Below are positions 32,983 to 44,678 of a stretch of 64,000 nt of DNA, in pieces. The stretch lies in NCBI GenBank assembly GCA_947504195.1, contig CANNGN010000008.1:12574-76573 (forward strand), written 5' to 3'. The translations under genes and the position numbers were made by a program. The DNA comes from an uncultured Vibrio sp. (GTDB lineage: Bacteria > Pseudomonadota > Gammaproteobacteria > Enterobacterales > Vibrionaceae). Positions within the stretch are counted from its first letter, which is position 1. Each line of letters opens with the position of its first letter. Under the pieces are notes generated by a model. The model was not told where the DNA came from, did no database searches, and saw only the letters and a program-made list of their open reading frames with translations.

Positions 32983-34191
32983 ATGTTTGAACCAATGATG
33001 GAAATGTCTGACGAAGCAGTAATTAAGGTCGTTGGAGTTGGTGGTGGCGGTGGTAACGCTGTTGAACACATGGTGCGTGAATCCATCGAAGGTGTGGAGT
33101 TTATTAGTGTTAACACTGATGCTCAGGCACTTCGTAAAACAAGCGTCAATACTGTGATTCAGATTGGTAGTGATATTACCAAAGGCTTAGGTGCGGGTGC
33201 GAACCCTCAAGTAGGTCGAGAAGCGGCTCTTGAAGATAGAGAAAAAATTAAAGAATCTTTAGCTGGTGCCGATATGGTGTTTATCGCAGCAGGAATGGGG
33301 GGGGGTACTGGTACTGGAGCTGCTCCTGTGATTGCAGAAGTCGCTAAAGAACTTGGTATCTTGACTGTTGCGGTAGTGACAAAACCATTTAGCTTTGAAG
33401 GTAAAAAACGTTTGGCTTTCGCTGAACAAGGTATTGAAGAGTTGTCTAAATATGTCGATTCTTTGATTACCATTCCAAATGAGAAACTGTTAAAAGTTCT
33501 CGGTCGTGGAATTACCTTACTTGAAGCATTTGGCAGCGCAAACGATGTATTACGCAATGCTGTACAAGGTATCGCAGAGCTGATTACACGCCCTGGTATG
33601 ATTAACGTCGATTTCGCCGATGTAAGAACTGTGATGTCGGAAATGGGTCATGCGATGATGGGTAGTGGTATTGCCTGTGGTGATGATCGAGCTGAAGAAG
33701 CAGCTGAAATGGCAATTTCTAGTCCATTGCTTGAAGATATCGATCTTGCCGGCGCTCGTGGTGTGTTAGTGAACATCACTGCGGGGTTAGACATGCGTTT
33801 AGATGAGTTTGAAACAGTAGGTAACACGGTTAAGGCTTTTGCATCAGATAATGCAACAGTAGTAATCGGAACGTCATTAGACCCTGATATGGCTGATGAA
33901 ATTCGAGTTACAGTTGTGGCAACGGGTATTGGTACTGAAAGACGTCCTGATATTACATTGGTTTCTGGTGGCAAAGCGCCAACCATGTCAGCACCACAAC
34001 CTCATTTACACCAACCTGCTCAGGCGGCAACTAAACCAGAAGAAAAAGTGGCCTCTAACTTGCATGATAATGTTGAAGTAAAACAACAGCCAACGGCAGG
34101 CTCATCTTCTGGTTCAGCACAAGCTGCACCGAAAGAAAAAGAGCAGGGTTACTTGGATATACCAGCGTTTTTACGTCGTCAGGCTGACTAA
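32983..34191 (+). CDS. ftsZ: Cell division GTPase FtsZ
   Basis: 402 aa. Tubulin signature [13 protein letters not shown]-terminal conserved peptide [11 protein letters not shown]. Confidence 0.98.
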   Translation: MFEPMMEMSDEAVIKVVGVGGGGGNAVEHMVRESIEGVEFISVNTDAQALRKTSVNTVIQIGSDITKGLGAGANPQVGREAALEDREKIKESLAGADMVFIAAGMGGGTGTGAAPVIAEVAKELGILTVAVVTKPFSFEGKKRLAFAEQGIEELSKYVDSLITIPNEKLLKVLGRGITLLEAFGSANDVLRNAVQGIAELITRPGMINVDFADVRTVMSEMGHAMMGSGIACGDDRAEEAAEMAISSPLLEDIDLAGARGVLVNITAGLDMRLDEFETVGNTVKAFASDNATVVIGTSLDPDMADEIRVTVVATGIGTERRPDITLVSGGKAPTMSAPQPHLHQPAQAATKPEEKVASNLHDNVEVKQQPTAGSSSGSAQAAPKEKEQGYLDIPAFLRRQAD

Positions 34192-34293
34192 TCAATCCAC
34201 TAGCATAATTTGACACTGTTCAAAACTATGCTAACATTTACGGTTGATAGCTATATCAACCGTGATGTGTGGTATCAATATTGAGGTAAGCAG

Positions 34294-35211
34294 ATGATCA
34301 GACAACGAACACTTAAAGAAATAATCAAAACAACTGGAGTAGGATTACACTCCGGTCGTAAGGTCACGCTCACTCTACGTCCAGCCGCGGTTAATACTGG
34401 TATTGTTTATCGTCGCACCGATCTTAATCCACCTGTTGATTTTCCAGCACAACCCGATGCTGTTCGTGATACTGTGCTTTGTACCGCTTTAGTCAATGAA
34501 GATGGTATTCGAATTTCAACGGTAGAGCATTTAAACGCAGCTCTTGCCGGGATGGGTGTTGATAACATTATTGTAGAAGTTGATGCACCAGAAATTCCGA
34601 TTATGGATGGCAGTGCTAGTCCATTCGTATTTTTGCTTCAACAAGCTGGTATTGAGACTCAAAATCGTCCTAAGCGATTTATTCGAGTTAAAAAACCTGT
34701 ACGTTTTGAAGATGGTGATAAGTGGGCTGAACTTGTTCCTTACGATGGTTTTCGTATGGACTTCGCTATCGAATTTAACCATCCTGCAATTGATGTTGAT
34801 CAGCAACACCTAAAATTTGATTTTTCTTCTCAAAGCTTTGTTAAAGAAATTTCTCGAGCGAGAACATTTGGTTTTATGCGTGATATTGAGTATCTTCAAT
34901 CACAAAACCTTTGTCTTGGTGGCAGTTTTGATTGCGCCATTGTTTTAGATGAATATCGAATTTTAAATGAAGATGGTCTTCGATTTGCTAACGAATTTGT
35001 TACGCATAAAGTATTGGATGCCATTGGTGATTTATATATGTGTGGCCATCCAATTATTGGTGAGCTTAGAGCATTTAAATCAGGCCATGGGCTAAATAAC
35101 CAACTACTTCGAGCACTTTTGGCAAATCAAGAAGCGTGGGAATGGGTAACATTTGAAGAAGAGCAAACTTCTCCAGTGGCCTTCGCTGATCCAAATCATG
35201 TCTTAGCTTAA
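34294..35211 (+). CDS. lpxC: UDP-3-O-acyl-GlcNAc deacetylase LpxC
   Basis: 305 aa. [31 protein letters not shown] motifs. Confidence 0.97.
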   Translation: MIRQRTLKEIIKTTGVGLHSGRKVTLTLRPAAVNTGIVYRRTDLNPPVDFPAQPDAVRDTVLCTALVNEDGIRISTVEHLNAALAGMGVDNIIVEVDAPEIPIMDGSASPFVFLLQQAGIETQNRPKRFIRVKKPVRFEDGDKWAELVPYDGFRMDFAIEFNHPAIDVDQQHLKFDFSSQSFVKEISRARTFGFMRDIEYLQSQNLCLGGSFDCAIVLDEYRILNEDGLRFANEFVTHKVLDAIGDLYMCGHPIIGELRAFKSGHGLNNQLLRALLANQEAWEWVTFEEEQTSPVAFADPNHVLA

Positions 35212-35238
35212 GTGAAACTTAGCTAGTAACGATTTTTT

Positions 35239-35275
35239 AAAAAGCGCCAAGTTTTATGACTTGGCGCTTTTTTTA
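35239..35275 (+). terminator. Rho-independent terminator after lpxC
   Basis: aaaagcgccaagttttatgacttggcgcttttttt: 9-bp GC-rich stem plus T7. Confidence 0.9.
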
Positions 35276-35387
35276 TGTGTGTTTGAGTGTTCCTCGAAAC
35301 TAAAGTCGCCTAGCGATTTTGGGTCATTATACTTTTCTTTTCTATTCTGTTTTCATTATTATCTGATTACGCTAGTGCCTATCTCGA

Positions 35388-35609
35388 CTAATTGTGTGAT
35401 AAATCATGATTAAACCCCAAATAAATCAAACATTCGGTTATTGATGATTGAGCAATAGGGCCAAAATTCTTTAAACTATAGTAATCTTTAGGTTTGAACT
35501 TGAAATTAACAAGTTGCGCCACAATATTAAACCTCAGTTGAATACGTTCAGTACACTTAGTTGAAAGTTCGACATAGTGAAAGGCGAAGTATTGATCATC
35601 CATGATCAC
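35388..35609 (-). CDS. Orphan hypothetical ORF (73 codons) antisense in the lpxC-secA spacer; possibly not a gene
   Basis: Only the ORF-track frame supports it. There is no Shine-Dalgarno sequence (ctctctttGTGatcATG), no recognisable motif, and the region is AT-rich. Confidence 0.2.
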   Translation of the reverse strand: MIMDDQYFAFHYVELSTKCTERIQLRFNIVAQLVNFKFKPKDYYSLKNFGPIAQSSITECLIYLGFNHDLSHN

Positions 35610-35630
35610 AAAGAGAGAGATTCCAAGTAA

Positions 35631-38354
35631 ATGATAACTAAGCTACTGACCAAAGTTATAGGTAGCCGCAATGATAGAACACTGCGCAACCTTAAAAAAA
35701 TTGTTAAGCAAATAAATAGTTTTGAACCAAGTTTTGAAGCGCTCTCAGATGAAGAATTAAAAGCGAAAACTGTAGAGTTTCGTCAGCGTTTAGAACAAGG
35801 TGAAGATCTCGATAAATTATTACCAGAAGCGTTTGCTACTGTACGCGAAGCATCTAAGCGTGTATTTGGCATGCGTCATTTCGATGTCCAGCTTATTGGC
35901 GGCATGGTTTTGAATTCAGGTAAAATTGCAGAAATGCGAACAGGTGAAGGTAAAACTCTTACCGCAACTCTCGTAGCATATTTAAATGCTTTGCCTGGCA
36001 AAGGTGTGCACGTTGTTACTGTCAACGATTACCTTGCTAAACGTGATGCGGAGACGAACCGCCCTCTGTTTGAATTCTTAGGCATGACTGTGGGGGTGAA
36101 TATTCCAAATATTCCACCACAAGAAAAACAAGCGGCATACCAATCCGATATTCTTTATGGTACTAACAATGAATTTGGCTTCGATTATTTACGCGATAAT
36201 ATGGCGTTACGTAAAGAAGACCGTTTTCAACATGACCGTTTCTTCGCGATTGTGGATGAAGTTGATTCTATCTTAATTGATGAAGCCAGAACTCCTTTGA
36301 TCATTTCAGGTCCAGCTGAAGATAGCTCTGAACTCTATACCAAGATTAATGTGTTGATTCCAAGTCTAGAATTACAAGATGAAGAGGATTCAGAAGAGTA
36401 TCGAGGTACGGGGCACTACACGTTAGATGAGAAAGCTAAGCAAGTATATTTAACGGAAACAGGCCAAGAGTTCGTTGAAGAACTGTTGGTGACAAATAAG
36501 TTAATGACTGAAGGTGATACCCTTTATTCACCTGCGAATATTAGTTTGCTTCATCATGTGAATAATGCTCTTCGTGCTCATGTGCTTTTTGAGCGAAATG
36601 TCGATTACATCGTATCAGAGCAAGGTGAGGTTGTTATCGTTGATGAGCACACCGGACGTACGATGCAAGGTCGTCGCTGGTCTGATGGTTTGCACCAAGC
36701 GGTAGAAGCAAAAGAAGGAGTGAAAATTCAAAATGAGAACCAAACTCTAGCTTCGATAACCTTCCAGAATTATTTCCGTCTATACAATAAACTGTCTGGT
36801 ATGACAGGTACAGCCGATACTGAAGCGTTTGAATTTCAATCAATTTATGGTTTGGATACGGTTGTTATTCCGACGAATAAACCAATGGTCCGTGATGATA
36901 TGCCTGATATGGTATACCGTACTGAGCCAGAGAAGTTCGCGGCGATTATTAACGATATTCGTGAACGTGTTGAAAATGGTCAACCAATACTTGTTGGTAC
37001 GGTATCGATTGAGAAATCTGAACTCCTATCGGATGCTTTGAAAAAAGCGAAAGTCAAACACAACGTATTGAATGCTAAGTTCCATGAAAAAGAGGCTGAA
37101 ATTGTTGCTAGTGCTGGTACTCCTGGCGCGGTCACGATTGCAACTAACATGGCAGGACGTGGTACCGATATAATGTTGGGCGGCAATTGGCAAATGAAAG
37201 TTGCTGAGTTGAATAACCCAACAGATGATCAGATAGCAAAAATTAAAGCTGATTGGCAACAAGTTCATGATCAAGTACTCGCCTCTGGTGGTTTACATAT
37301 TATTGGTACAGAACGTCATGAGTCTCGTCGTATTGATAACCAGCTTCGTGGTCGTTCTGGTCGTCAGGGTGATGCTGGTTCATCTCGCTTTTACCTTTCT
37401 ATGGAAGACTCGTTGTTGCGAATCTTTACATCTGATCGCATGGCGAACTTGATTCAGAGTGGTATGGATGAAGGTGAGGCGATTGAAAGTAAGATGCTTT
37501 CGCGCTCAATCGAAAAAGCGCAACGTAAAGTAGAAGGAAGAAACTTCGATATTCGTAAGCAACTTCTTGAGTATGATGATGTTGCGAATGATCAGCGTAA
37601 AGTGGTTTATGAGCTTCGTGATGAATTGATGGAAGCTGATGATATTATGGACATGCTCAAGCTAAATCGCTTGGATGTGTACAACTCGATCATCGATGAA
37701 TTTATTCCACCACAATCTCTAGAAGACATGTGGGATATTACAGGTCTAGAAGAACGACTAAAGAATGACTTTAATCTTGAGTTGCCAATTCAAACTTGGT
37801 TAGATGATGATGACAATCTTTATGAAGAAGTGTTGCGTGAACGCATTATTGAAAGTGCAGTAACGGTTTATCAAGAAAAAGAAGATATCGTCGGAGCACA
37901 AGTTATTCGTAACTTTGAAAAGTCGGTCATGCTGCAAACGCTTGATACGTTATGGAAGGAGCACTTGGCGGCAATGGATCACCTTCGTCAAGGGATTCAT
38001 CTACGCGGTTATGCTCAGAAAAACCCTAAGCAGGAGTATAAGCGAGAGTCATTTGAACTGTTTGAAGAATTGCTTGAAACATTAAAGTTTGATGTTATTT
38101 CAATTTTGTCGAAAGTGCAGGTTCAAAAACCTGAAGAAGTAGACCGCATGGAAGAGCAGCGTCGTGCCCAAGCAGAGGCGGCAGCACGTATGGCTCAAAC
38201 TAATCATGCAGCAAGTGAAAATATACTTGATGATAGTGAAGCTCCTGTTTCGCCTAAAACAGTGGTGAATGAAGTGAAAAAAGTTGGACGAAACGATCCA
38301 TGCCCATGTGGAAGTGGCAAGAAATATAAGCAATGCCACGGTAAAATTTCTTAA
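35631..38354 (+). CDS. secA: Preprotein translocase ATPase SecA
   Basis: 907 aa. MRTGEGKTL Walker [21 protein letters not shown]-terminal zinc finger [14 protein letters not shown]. Confidence 0.98.
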   Translation: MITKLLTKVIGSRNDRTLRNLKKIVKQINSFEPSFEALSDEELKAKTVEFRQRLEQGEDLDKLLPEAFATVREASKRVFGMRHFDVQLIGGMVLNSGKIAEMRTGEGKTLTATLVAYLNALPGKGVHVVTVNDYLAKRDAETNRPLFEFLGMTVGVNIPNIPPQEKQAAYQSDILYGTNNEFGFDYLRDNMALRKEDRFQHDRFFAIVDEVDSILIDEARTPLIISGPAEDSSELYTKINVLIPSLELQDEEDSEEYRGTGHYTLDEKAKQVYLTETGQEFVEELLVTNKLMTEGDTLYSPANISLLHHVNNALRAHVLFERNVDYIVSEQGEVVIVDEHTGRTMQGRRWSDGLHQAVEAKEGVKIQNENQTLASITFQNYFRLYNKLSGMTGTADTEAFEFQSIYGLDTVVIPTNKPMVRDDMPDMVYRTEPEKFAAIINDIRERVENGQPILVGTVSIEKSELLSDALKKAKVKHNVLNAKFHEKEAEIVASAGTPGAVTIATNMAGRGTDIMLGGNWQMKVAELNNPTDDQIAKIKADWQQVHDQVLASGGLHIIGTERHESRRIDNQLRGRSGRQGDAGSSRFYLSMEDSLLRIFTSDRMANLIQSGMDEGEAIESKMLSRSIEKAQRKVEGRNFDIRKQLLEYDDVANDQRKVVYELRDELMEADDIMDMLKLNRLDVYNSIIDEFIPPQSLEDMWDITGLEERLKNDFNLELPIQTWLDDDDNLYEEVLRERIIESAVTVYQEKEDIVGAQVIRNFEKSVMLQTLDTLWKEHLAAMDHLRQGIHLRGYAQKNPKQEYKRESFELFEELLETLKFDVISILSKVQVQKPEEVDRMEEQRRAQAEAAARMAQTNHAASENILDDSEAPVSPKTVVNEVKKVGRNDPCPCGSGKKYKQCHGKIS

Positions 38355-38376
38355 ATCAGTACTGTCTAATTACTCA

Positions 38377-38405
38377 AACCGCTTCTATTATAGAGGCGGT
38401 TTTTT
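38377..38405 (+). terminator. Rho-independent terminator after secA
   Basis: aaaccgcttctattatagaggcggtttttt: stem accgcttc/gaggcggt plus a T-run. Confidence 0.8.
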
Positions 38406-38461
38406 ATGGGCAGTACACTCTTACAGTCCTACTTTACTTAATATGCGAAAATGGTATTGAA

Positions 38462-38863
38462 ATGAAAAGAGTTCATATTGTTGCAGCGATTATACTTAAT
38501 CCAGATAAGAGCCAGATATTTATTACGAAGCGCCCAGACCACGTTCATAAAGGTGGATTTTGGGAATTTCCCGGTGGCAAGGTTGAAGTTAATGAGTCGG
38601 TTGAACAAGCGATCGTTCGTGAATTGAATGAAGAGATTGGAATTGAGGTTACTCAGCAACATTTGTTCCATCAATTCGATTATGACTATCCAGATAAGTC
38701 ACTGCACTTTGACTTTATTTGTGTAACTGAGTTCGTCAATGAGCCCTATGGAAGAGAAGGGCAACAGGGTCAATGGGTCAGCGTTAGCACTTTAGCCGAT
38801 TTTGAATTTCCAGAAGCAAACCGACCGATTGTCGAACAAGTTATCAATCAGTTTTCAGTCTAA
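38462..38863 (+). CDS. mutT: 8-oxo-dGTP diphosphatase MutT (Nudix)
   Basis: 133 aa. Nudix box GGKVEVNESVEQAIVRELNEEIG. Conserved position after secA. Confidence 0.92.
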   Translation: MKRVHIVAAIILNPDKSQIFITKRPDHVHKGGFWEFPGGKVEVNESVEQAIVRELNEEIGIEVTQQHLFHQFDYDYPDKSLHFDFICVTEFVNEPYGREGQQGQWVSVSTLADFEFPEANRPIVEQVINQFSV

Positions 38864-38897
38864 GTTTGAGCTAGCCAATGATAGGCTTTATTGGTAG

Positions 38898-39773
<876 letters not shown>

Positions 39774-39784
39774 GCTCTATTGAT

Positions 39785-39830
39785 TGCGCCAAGCCCTCTT
39801 GGCGCATTAGTTTTAGTTCTCTTTTTTTTC
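39785..39830 (+). terminator. Rho-independent terminator after dapB
   Basis: tgcgccaag-ccct-cttggcgca hairpin (39785..39806), followed by the T-rich ttagttttagttctctttttttt. Confidence 0.8.
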
Positions 39831-40118
39831 ATTTATTTTTCGGTCAATATTGCTGTTTTTTCATTATTTAGTTTTGTTTATGTTGCTTTGGTGTTGTTTT
39901 TATTACGAAGTAAGTAAAACCAGCTATAAACTCTATCTATGTATCGTTTGCTTGAGTGATTTTTTTTTAAAAACTTAATTTAAGAGTGATCACTCGGATA
40001 AATATTCAAATTTAGTCTTATTACTTAGAAATTGATGAGTATTCATATCAATTATATATGTTATAAACCCTTTCCTTAGTTAATGCGCCAAAAGTGCAAT
40101 TTAACTCTCCTCTAAACG

Positions 40119-40160
40119 TTGACACAAATCACAGCAATCTTTAGAATGCATCCAATTTGT
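40119..40160 (+). promoter_or_regulatory. Candidate pyrimidine-regulated carAB promoter (P1-like)
   Basis: TTGACA (40119..40124), 17 nt, TAGAAT (40142..40147). The predicted start at A 40154/40155 gives the initially transcribed sequence AATTTG. Confidence 0.5.
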
Positions 40161-40228
40161 CCGAAATAGCTATTTACTCAGTTTTATAGCCTAAAGGAAG
40201 GCAAATTTGCAGTTTAATCTCATATTTA

Positions 40229-40242
40229 TGCATTTTTATTCT
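40229..40242 (+). promoter_or_regulatory. ARG-box-like ArgR operator candidate abutting the carA Shine-Dalgarno sequence
   Basis: TGCATTTTTATTCT matches TGAAT-wwww-ATTCA at 12/14 positions. It sits immediately 5' of GGAGG (40243..40247), the position of the proximal ARG box in E. coli carAB P2. The expected partner box 21 bp upstream is poor. Confidence 0.35.
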
Positions 40243-40252
40243 GGAGGTTGTC

Positions 40253-41392
40253 TTGAGTAAGTCAGCACTGTTAGTCCTAGAAGATGGGACGGTTTTCCAC
40301 GGAACGTCCATCGGAGCCGATGGAACATCCGTCGGGGAAGTTGTTTTTAATACCTCAATGACCGGGTATCAAGAAATCCTCACTGATCCTTCCTATTCAC
40401 AACAGATCGTTACATTAACGTATCCCCACATTGGTAATACTGGGACTAATAGCGAAGATGAAGAGTCCTCTGCTATTCATGCTCAAGGTCTTGTCATTCG
40501 TGATTTGCCTCTTATTGCGTCAAACTTTCGCAGTGAACAGAGCTTGTCCGAGTATTTAGAAGCGAGAAATATTGTCGGAATCGCCGATATTGATACGCGT
40601 AAGCTTACTCGTATCTTAAGAGAAAAAGGCTCCCAAAACGGCTGTGTAATGGCTGGAGATAACCTGGATGAAGCGCTCGCATTGGCAAAATCGAAAGAGT
40701 TTCCTGGTTTAAAAGGAATGGATCTTGCGAAAGTCGTGACAACTAAAGAAGCTTATGACTGGAAACAAGGTTCATGGACGTTAACTGGTGGATTACCTCA
40801 GCCAGCAGAAGATAAAGAGTTGCCGTTCCACGTTGTCGCGTATGACTTTGGCGCAAAACGCAACATCTTACGTATGTTGGTTGATCGTGGATGTCGCCTG
40901 ACTGTTGTGCCAGCACAGACACCAGCAGAAGAAGTATTAGCCTTAAACCCTGATGGTGTCTTCTTATCTAATGGCCCTGGTGATCCAGAACCTTGTACCT
41001 ATGCTATTGAAGCAACTAAGGTATTCTTAGACAAAGGGTTACCGTTGTTTGGTATTTGTTTAGGTCATCAAATCCTTGCTCTAGCGTCTGGTGCAAACAC
41101 CATTAAAATGAAATTTGGCCATCATGGTGCTAACCACCCAGTTAAAGACTTGGATAGAGACGTTGTGATGATTACTTCTCAAAACCATGGATTCGCAGCT
41201 GATGAAGCAACTTTACCTTCAAACTTGAGAGCAACGCATAAATCCCTATTCGATGGTTCACTACAAGGTATTCATCGTACGGACAAACCAGCATTTAGTT
41301 TCCAAGGCCACCCTGAAGCAAGTCCTGGACCGCACGATGCGGCACCGTTATTTGATCACTTTATTGAACTTATCAAGCAACATAGCGCTTAA
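40253..41392 (+). CDS. carA: Carbamoyl-phosphate synthase small (glutaminase) subunit CarA
   Basis: 379 aa. TTG start after GGAGG, as in E. coli car[11 protein letters not shown]..., GICLGHQ catalytic Cys, [13 protein letters not shown]. Confidence 0.97.
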   Translation: MSKSALLVLEDGTVFHGTSIGADGTSVGEVVFNTSMTGYQEILTDPSYSQQIVTLTYPHIGNTGTNSEDEESSAIHAQGLVIRDLPLIASNFRSEQSLSEYLEARNIVGIADIDTRKLTRILREKGSQNGCVMAGDNLDEALALAKSKEFPGLKGMDLAKVVTTKEAYDWKQGSWTLTGGLPQPAEDKELPFHVVAYDFGAKRNILRMLVDRGCRLTVVPAQTPAEEVLALNPDGVFLSNGPGDPEPCTYAIEATKVFLDKGLPLFGICLGHQILALASGANTIKMKFGHHGANHPVKDLDRDVVMITSQNHGFAADEATLPSNLRATHKSLFDGSLQGIHRTDKPAFSFQGHPEASPGPHDAAPLFDHFIELIKQHSA

Positions 41393-41407
41393 TCGGAGTA
41401 GTAGATA

Positions 41408-44400
41408 ATGCCAAAACGTACTGACATAAAAAGCATCCTAATCCTAGGTGCTGGTCCTATTGTTATCGGTCAGGCTTGTGAGTTTGACTATTCAGGTGCG
41501 CAAGCTTGTAAAGCACTTCGTGAAGAAGGTTATCGAGTTATTCTCGTTAACTCGAATCCAGCAACCATCATGACTGATCCAGAAATGGCGGATGCAACTT
41601 ATATTGAACCTATTCAATGGGAAGTGGTTCGTCGAATCATTGAAAAAGAACGCCCAGATGCAGTACTCCCGACAATGGGTGGCCAAACGGCATTGAACTG
41701 TGCTCTTGAGCTTGATAGCCGCGGTGTGCTTGAAGAGTTTGGCGTTGAAATGATCGGTGCTACTGCTGATGCAATTGATAAGGCAGAAGACCGCTCTCGC
41801 TTTGATAAGGCAATGAAGTCTATTGGTTTAGAGTGTCCACGTGCTGATACTGCTAAAACCATGGATGAAGCCTATGCTGTGCTCGAGAAAGTAGGCTTCC
41901 CATGTATCATTCGTCCTTCATTCACCATGGGTGGATCAGGTGGCGGTATTGCTTATAACCGTGAAGAATTCGAAACAATCTGTTCTGGTGGTTTAGAGCT
42001 TTCTCCAACCAATGAACTTTTAATCGATGAGTCGTTAATCGGTTGGAAAGAATATGAGATGGAAGTGGTTCGTGATAAGAACGACAACTGTATCATCGTA
42101 TGTTCAATCGAAAACTTTGATCCTATGGGCATTCACACTGGTGATTCAATTACCGTTGCTCCAGCTCAAACGTTAACGGATAAAGAATATCAAGTGATGC
42201 GTAATGCGTCATTGGCTGTTCTACGTGAAATCGGTGTTGAAACGGGTGGTTCAAACGTACAGTTTGGTGTTAACCCTGCTGATGGTCGTTTGGTTATCAT
42301 TGAGATGAACCCTCGTGTCTCTCGTTCTTCAGCATTGGCATCAAAAGCAACTGGATTCCCAATTGCAAAAGTGGCTGCAAAATTAGCGGTTGGTTTCACC
42401 CTTGATGAATTGATGAATGATATTACCGGTGGAGCAACACCTGCATCATTCGAGCCAACGATTGACTATGTTGTCACTAAGATTCCTCGCTTTAACTTTG
42501 AAAAATTTGCAGGTGCTAACGACCGTTTGACGACGCAAATGAAGTCTGTTGGTGAGGTTATGGCTATTGGTCGTAACCAACAAGAGTCACTGCATAAAGC
42601 ACTACGTGGTCTTGAAGTAGGAGCGACTGGTTTCGATGAAATGGTCGACTTAAATGACGACGATGCAATTTCTCGTATTCGTAAAGAGCTTAAAGAAGCG
42701 GGTGCAGAACGTATTTGGTACGTTGGTGACGCATTCCGTGCTGGCATGAGTGTTGATGATATCTTCCAGCTTACTGAAATAGATCGTTGGTTCTTGGTTC
42801 AGATCGAAGACATTATTAAGATTGAACAAGAAATAAAAGCCGGTGGTTTTGCAGGTCTCACTGCGGATGTATTGCGTAAAATTAAGCGCAAAGGTTTTGC
42901 GGATGCTCGATTGTCCAAGTTACTTGGTGTAGCTGAATCTGAAATTCGTCGAATTCGCGATCAATTTGATATTCACCCTGTATTTAAGCGTGTGGATACG
43001 TGTGCTGCAGAATTCTCTTCGGACACTGCTTACATGTATTCATCATATGATGAAGAGTGTGAATCACAGCCGTCAGATAAAAAGAAAATCATGGTACTTG
43101 GTGGTGGTCCTAACCGCATCGGTCAAGGTATTGAGTTCGATTACTGCTGTGTACATGCTTCACTTGCTCTACGTGAAGATGGTTATGAAACTATCATGGT
43201 TAACTGTAACCCTGAGACAGTTTCAACAGATTACGATACTTCCGATCGTTTGTACTTTGAACCAGTAACGTTAGAAGACGTATTGGCGATTGCTCGAGTT
43301 GAAAAGCCAACGGGTGTTATCGTTCAATATGGTGGTCAAACACCATTGAAATTGGCACGTGCGCTTGAAGCTGCAGGTGTTCCAATCATTGGTACTAGTC
43401 CTGATGCTATCGACCGAGCAGAAGACCGTGAACGTTTCCAAAGTGCTGTTGAGCGCTTAGAGTTGAAACAGCCAGAAAATGCTACGGTTACAGCCATGGA
43501 GCAGGCAATTGAGAAGTCGAAAGAAATTGGCTTCCCATTAGTTGTTCGTCCATCGTATGTGTTAGGTGGCCGTGCAATGGAAATCGTTTATGACGAGCAA
43601 GATTTACGTCGCTACTTCAATGAAGCAGTAAGCGTATCTAATGAATCTCCAGTGCTTCTTGACCGTTTCTTGGACGATGCCGTTGAAGTCGATATTGATG
43701 CTATCTGCGATGGTGAGCGTGTTGTGATTGGCGGTATTATGGAGCATATCGAGCAAGCAGGGGTTCACTCTGGTGACTCAGCATGTTCACTGCCACCACA
43801 TACATTAAGTAAAGAAATGCAAGATGAGATGCGTCAACAAGTTGAGAAACTCGCATTTGAACTTGGCGTTCGTGGCTTGATGAATACCCAATTTGCGGTT
43901 AAAGATAACGAAGTTTATCTTATCGAAGTTAACCCACGTGCAGCTCGTACTGTCCCATTTGTATCTAAAGCAACTGGAGCACCTTTGGCGAAGATTGCCG
44001 CTCGAGTAATGGCTGGCCAATCATTAGCAGAGCAAGGCTTTACGAAGGAAATTATTCCACCGTACTTCTCTGTAAAAGAAGTGGTTCTTCCATTTAATAA
44101 ATTCCCTGGCGTTGACCCATTATTGGGGCCAGAAATGCGTTCGACAGGTGAAGTTATGGGCGTAGGTACTACGTTTGCTGAGGCCTTCTCTAAAGCTGAG
44201 CTTGGTTGTGGAAGTGTCTATCCAGAAGGTGGCCGTGCGTTAATTTCAGTACGTGAAGGCGATCGCCATCGTGTTGCTGATTTAGCGAAGCAACTTGTTG
44301 AACTGGGTTATCAACTTGATGCAACTCACGGCACTGCAGTGGTACTTGGTGAAGCGGGAATTAATCCTCGCTTGGTGAACAAAGTTCATGAAGGCCGTCC

Positions 44401-44638
44401 TCATATTTTGGATCGCATTAAGAACAAAGAATACACCTACATCATTAATACCGCTTCTGGTCGTCAAGCGATTGAGGACTCTAAAGTACTGCGCCGTGGC
44501 GCATTGGCTCAAAAAGTCAATTACACCACGACATTAAATGCCGCATTTGCTACTTGTATGGCTCATACCTCTGATCCAAAAGCATCGGTTGTATCTGTTC
44601 AAGAAATGCATGCTAAAGTACTGGAAAACGAAGCGTAA
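41408..44638 (+). CDS. carB: Carbamoyl-phosphate synthase large subunit CarB
   Basis: 1076 aa. [30 protein letters not shown]. Duplicated ATP-grasp halves and an MGS-like allosteric domain. Confidence 0.98.
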   Translation: MPKRTDIKSILILGAGPIVIGQACEFDYSGAQACKALREEGYRVILVNSNPATIMTDPEMADATYIEPIQWEVVRRIIEKERPDAVLPTMGGQTALNCALELDSRGVLEEFGVEMIGATADAIDKAEDRSRFDKAMKSIGLECPRADTAKTMDEAYAVLEKVGFPCIIRPSFTMGGSGGGIAYNREEFETICSGGLELSPTNELLIDESLIGWKEYEMEVVRDKNDNCIIVCSIENFDPMGIHTGDSITVAPAQTLTDKEYQVMRNASLAVLREIGVETGGSNVQFGVNPADGRLVIIEMNPRVSRSSALASKATGFPIAKVAAKLAVGFTLDELMNDITGGATPASFEPTIDYVVTKIPRFNFEKFAGANDRLTTQMKSVGEVMAIGRNQQESLHKALRGLEVGATGFDEMVDLNDDDAISRIRKELKEAGAERIWYVGDAFRAGMSVDDIFQLTEIDRWFLVQIEDIIKIEQEIKAGGFAGLTADVLRKIKRKGFADARLSKLLGVAESEIRRIRDQFDIHPVFKRVDTCAAEFSSDTAYMYSSYDEECESQPSDKKKIMVLGGGPNRIGQGIEFDYCCVHASLALREDGYETIMVNCNPETVSTDYDTSDRLYFEPVTLEDVLAIARVEKPTGVIVQYGGQTPLKLARALEAAGVPIIGTSPDAIDRAEDRERFQSAVERLELKQPENATVTAMEQAIEKSKEIGFPLVVRPSYVLGGRAMEIVYDEQDLRRYFNEAVSVSNESPVLLDRFLDDAVEVDIDAICDGERVVIGGIMEHIEQAGVHSGDSACSLPPHTLSKEMQDEMRQQVEKLAFELGVRGLMNTQFAVKDNEVYLIEVNPRAARTVPFVSKATGAPLAKIAARVMAGQSLAEQGFTKEIIPPYFSVKEVVLPFNKFPGVDPLLGPEMRSTGEVMGVGTTFAEAFSKAELGCGSVYPEGGRALISVREGDRHRVADLAKQLVELGYQLDATHGTAVVLGEAGINPRLVNKVHEGRPHILDRIKNKEYTYIINTASGRQAIEDSKVLRRGALAQKVNYTTTLNAAFATCMAHTSDPKASVVSVQEMHAKVLENEA

Positions 44639-44678
44639 GAGTTTTTTTTCAGTAAGTTAGACGGTATAAAAAATATTG

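Noticed and set aside
33207-33986. Antisense ORFs of 110 to 128 codons inside ftsZ (33207..33557, 33648..33986), ftsI (20778..21164), gltD-2 (54547..55069, 55484..55849), carB and secA.
   Set aside because: All lie opposite strongly conserved coding sequence and have Ser/Ala/Pro/Arg-biased composition typical of reverse frames. None has a ribosome-binding site or known motif.
39774-39830. A possible DapZ-like 3'UTR sRNA after dapB (known in Salmonella).
   Set aside because: The UTR is only about 10 nt before the terminator hairpin. It has no G/U-rich GcvB-like seed, and I could see no internal promoter in the dapB 3' end.
39850-39978. A small, very hydrophobic ORF (...LLFFHYLVLFMLLWCCFYYEVSKTSYKLYLCIVCLSDFFLKT) that could be mistaken for a type I toxin or small membrane protein.
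   Set aside because: The Phe/Leu/Cys richness follows directly from the T-rich tract. There is no Shine-Dalgarno sequence, no antisense partner or flanking promoter, and it lies within the carAB control region.
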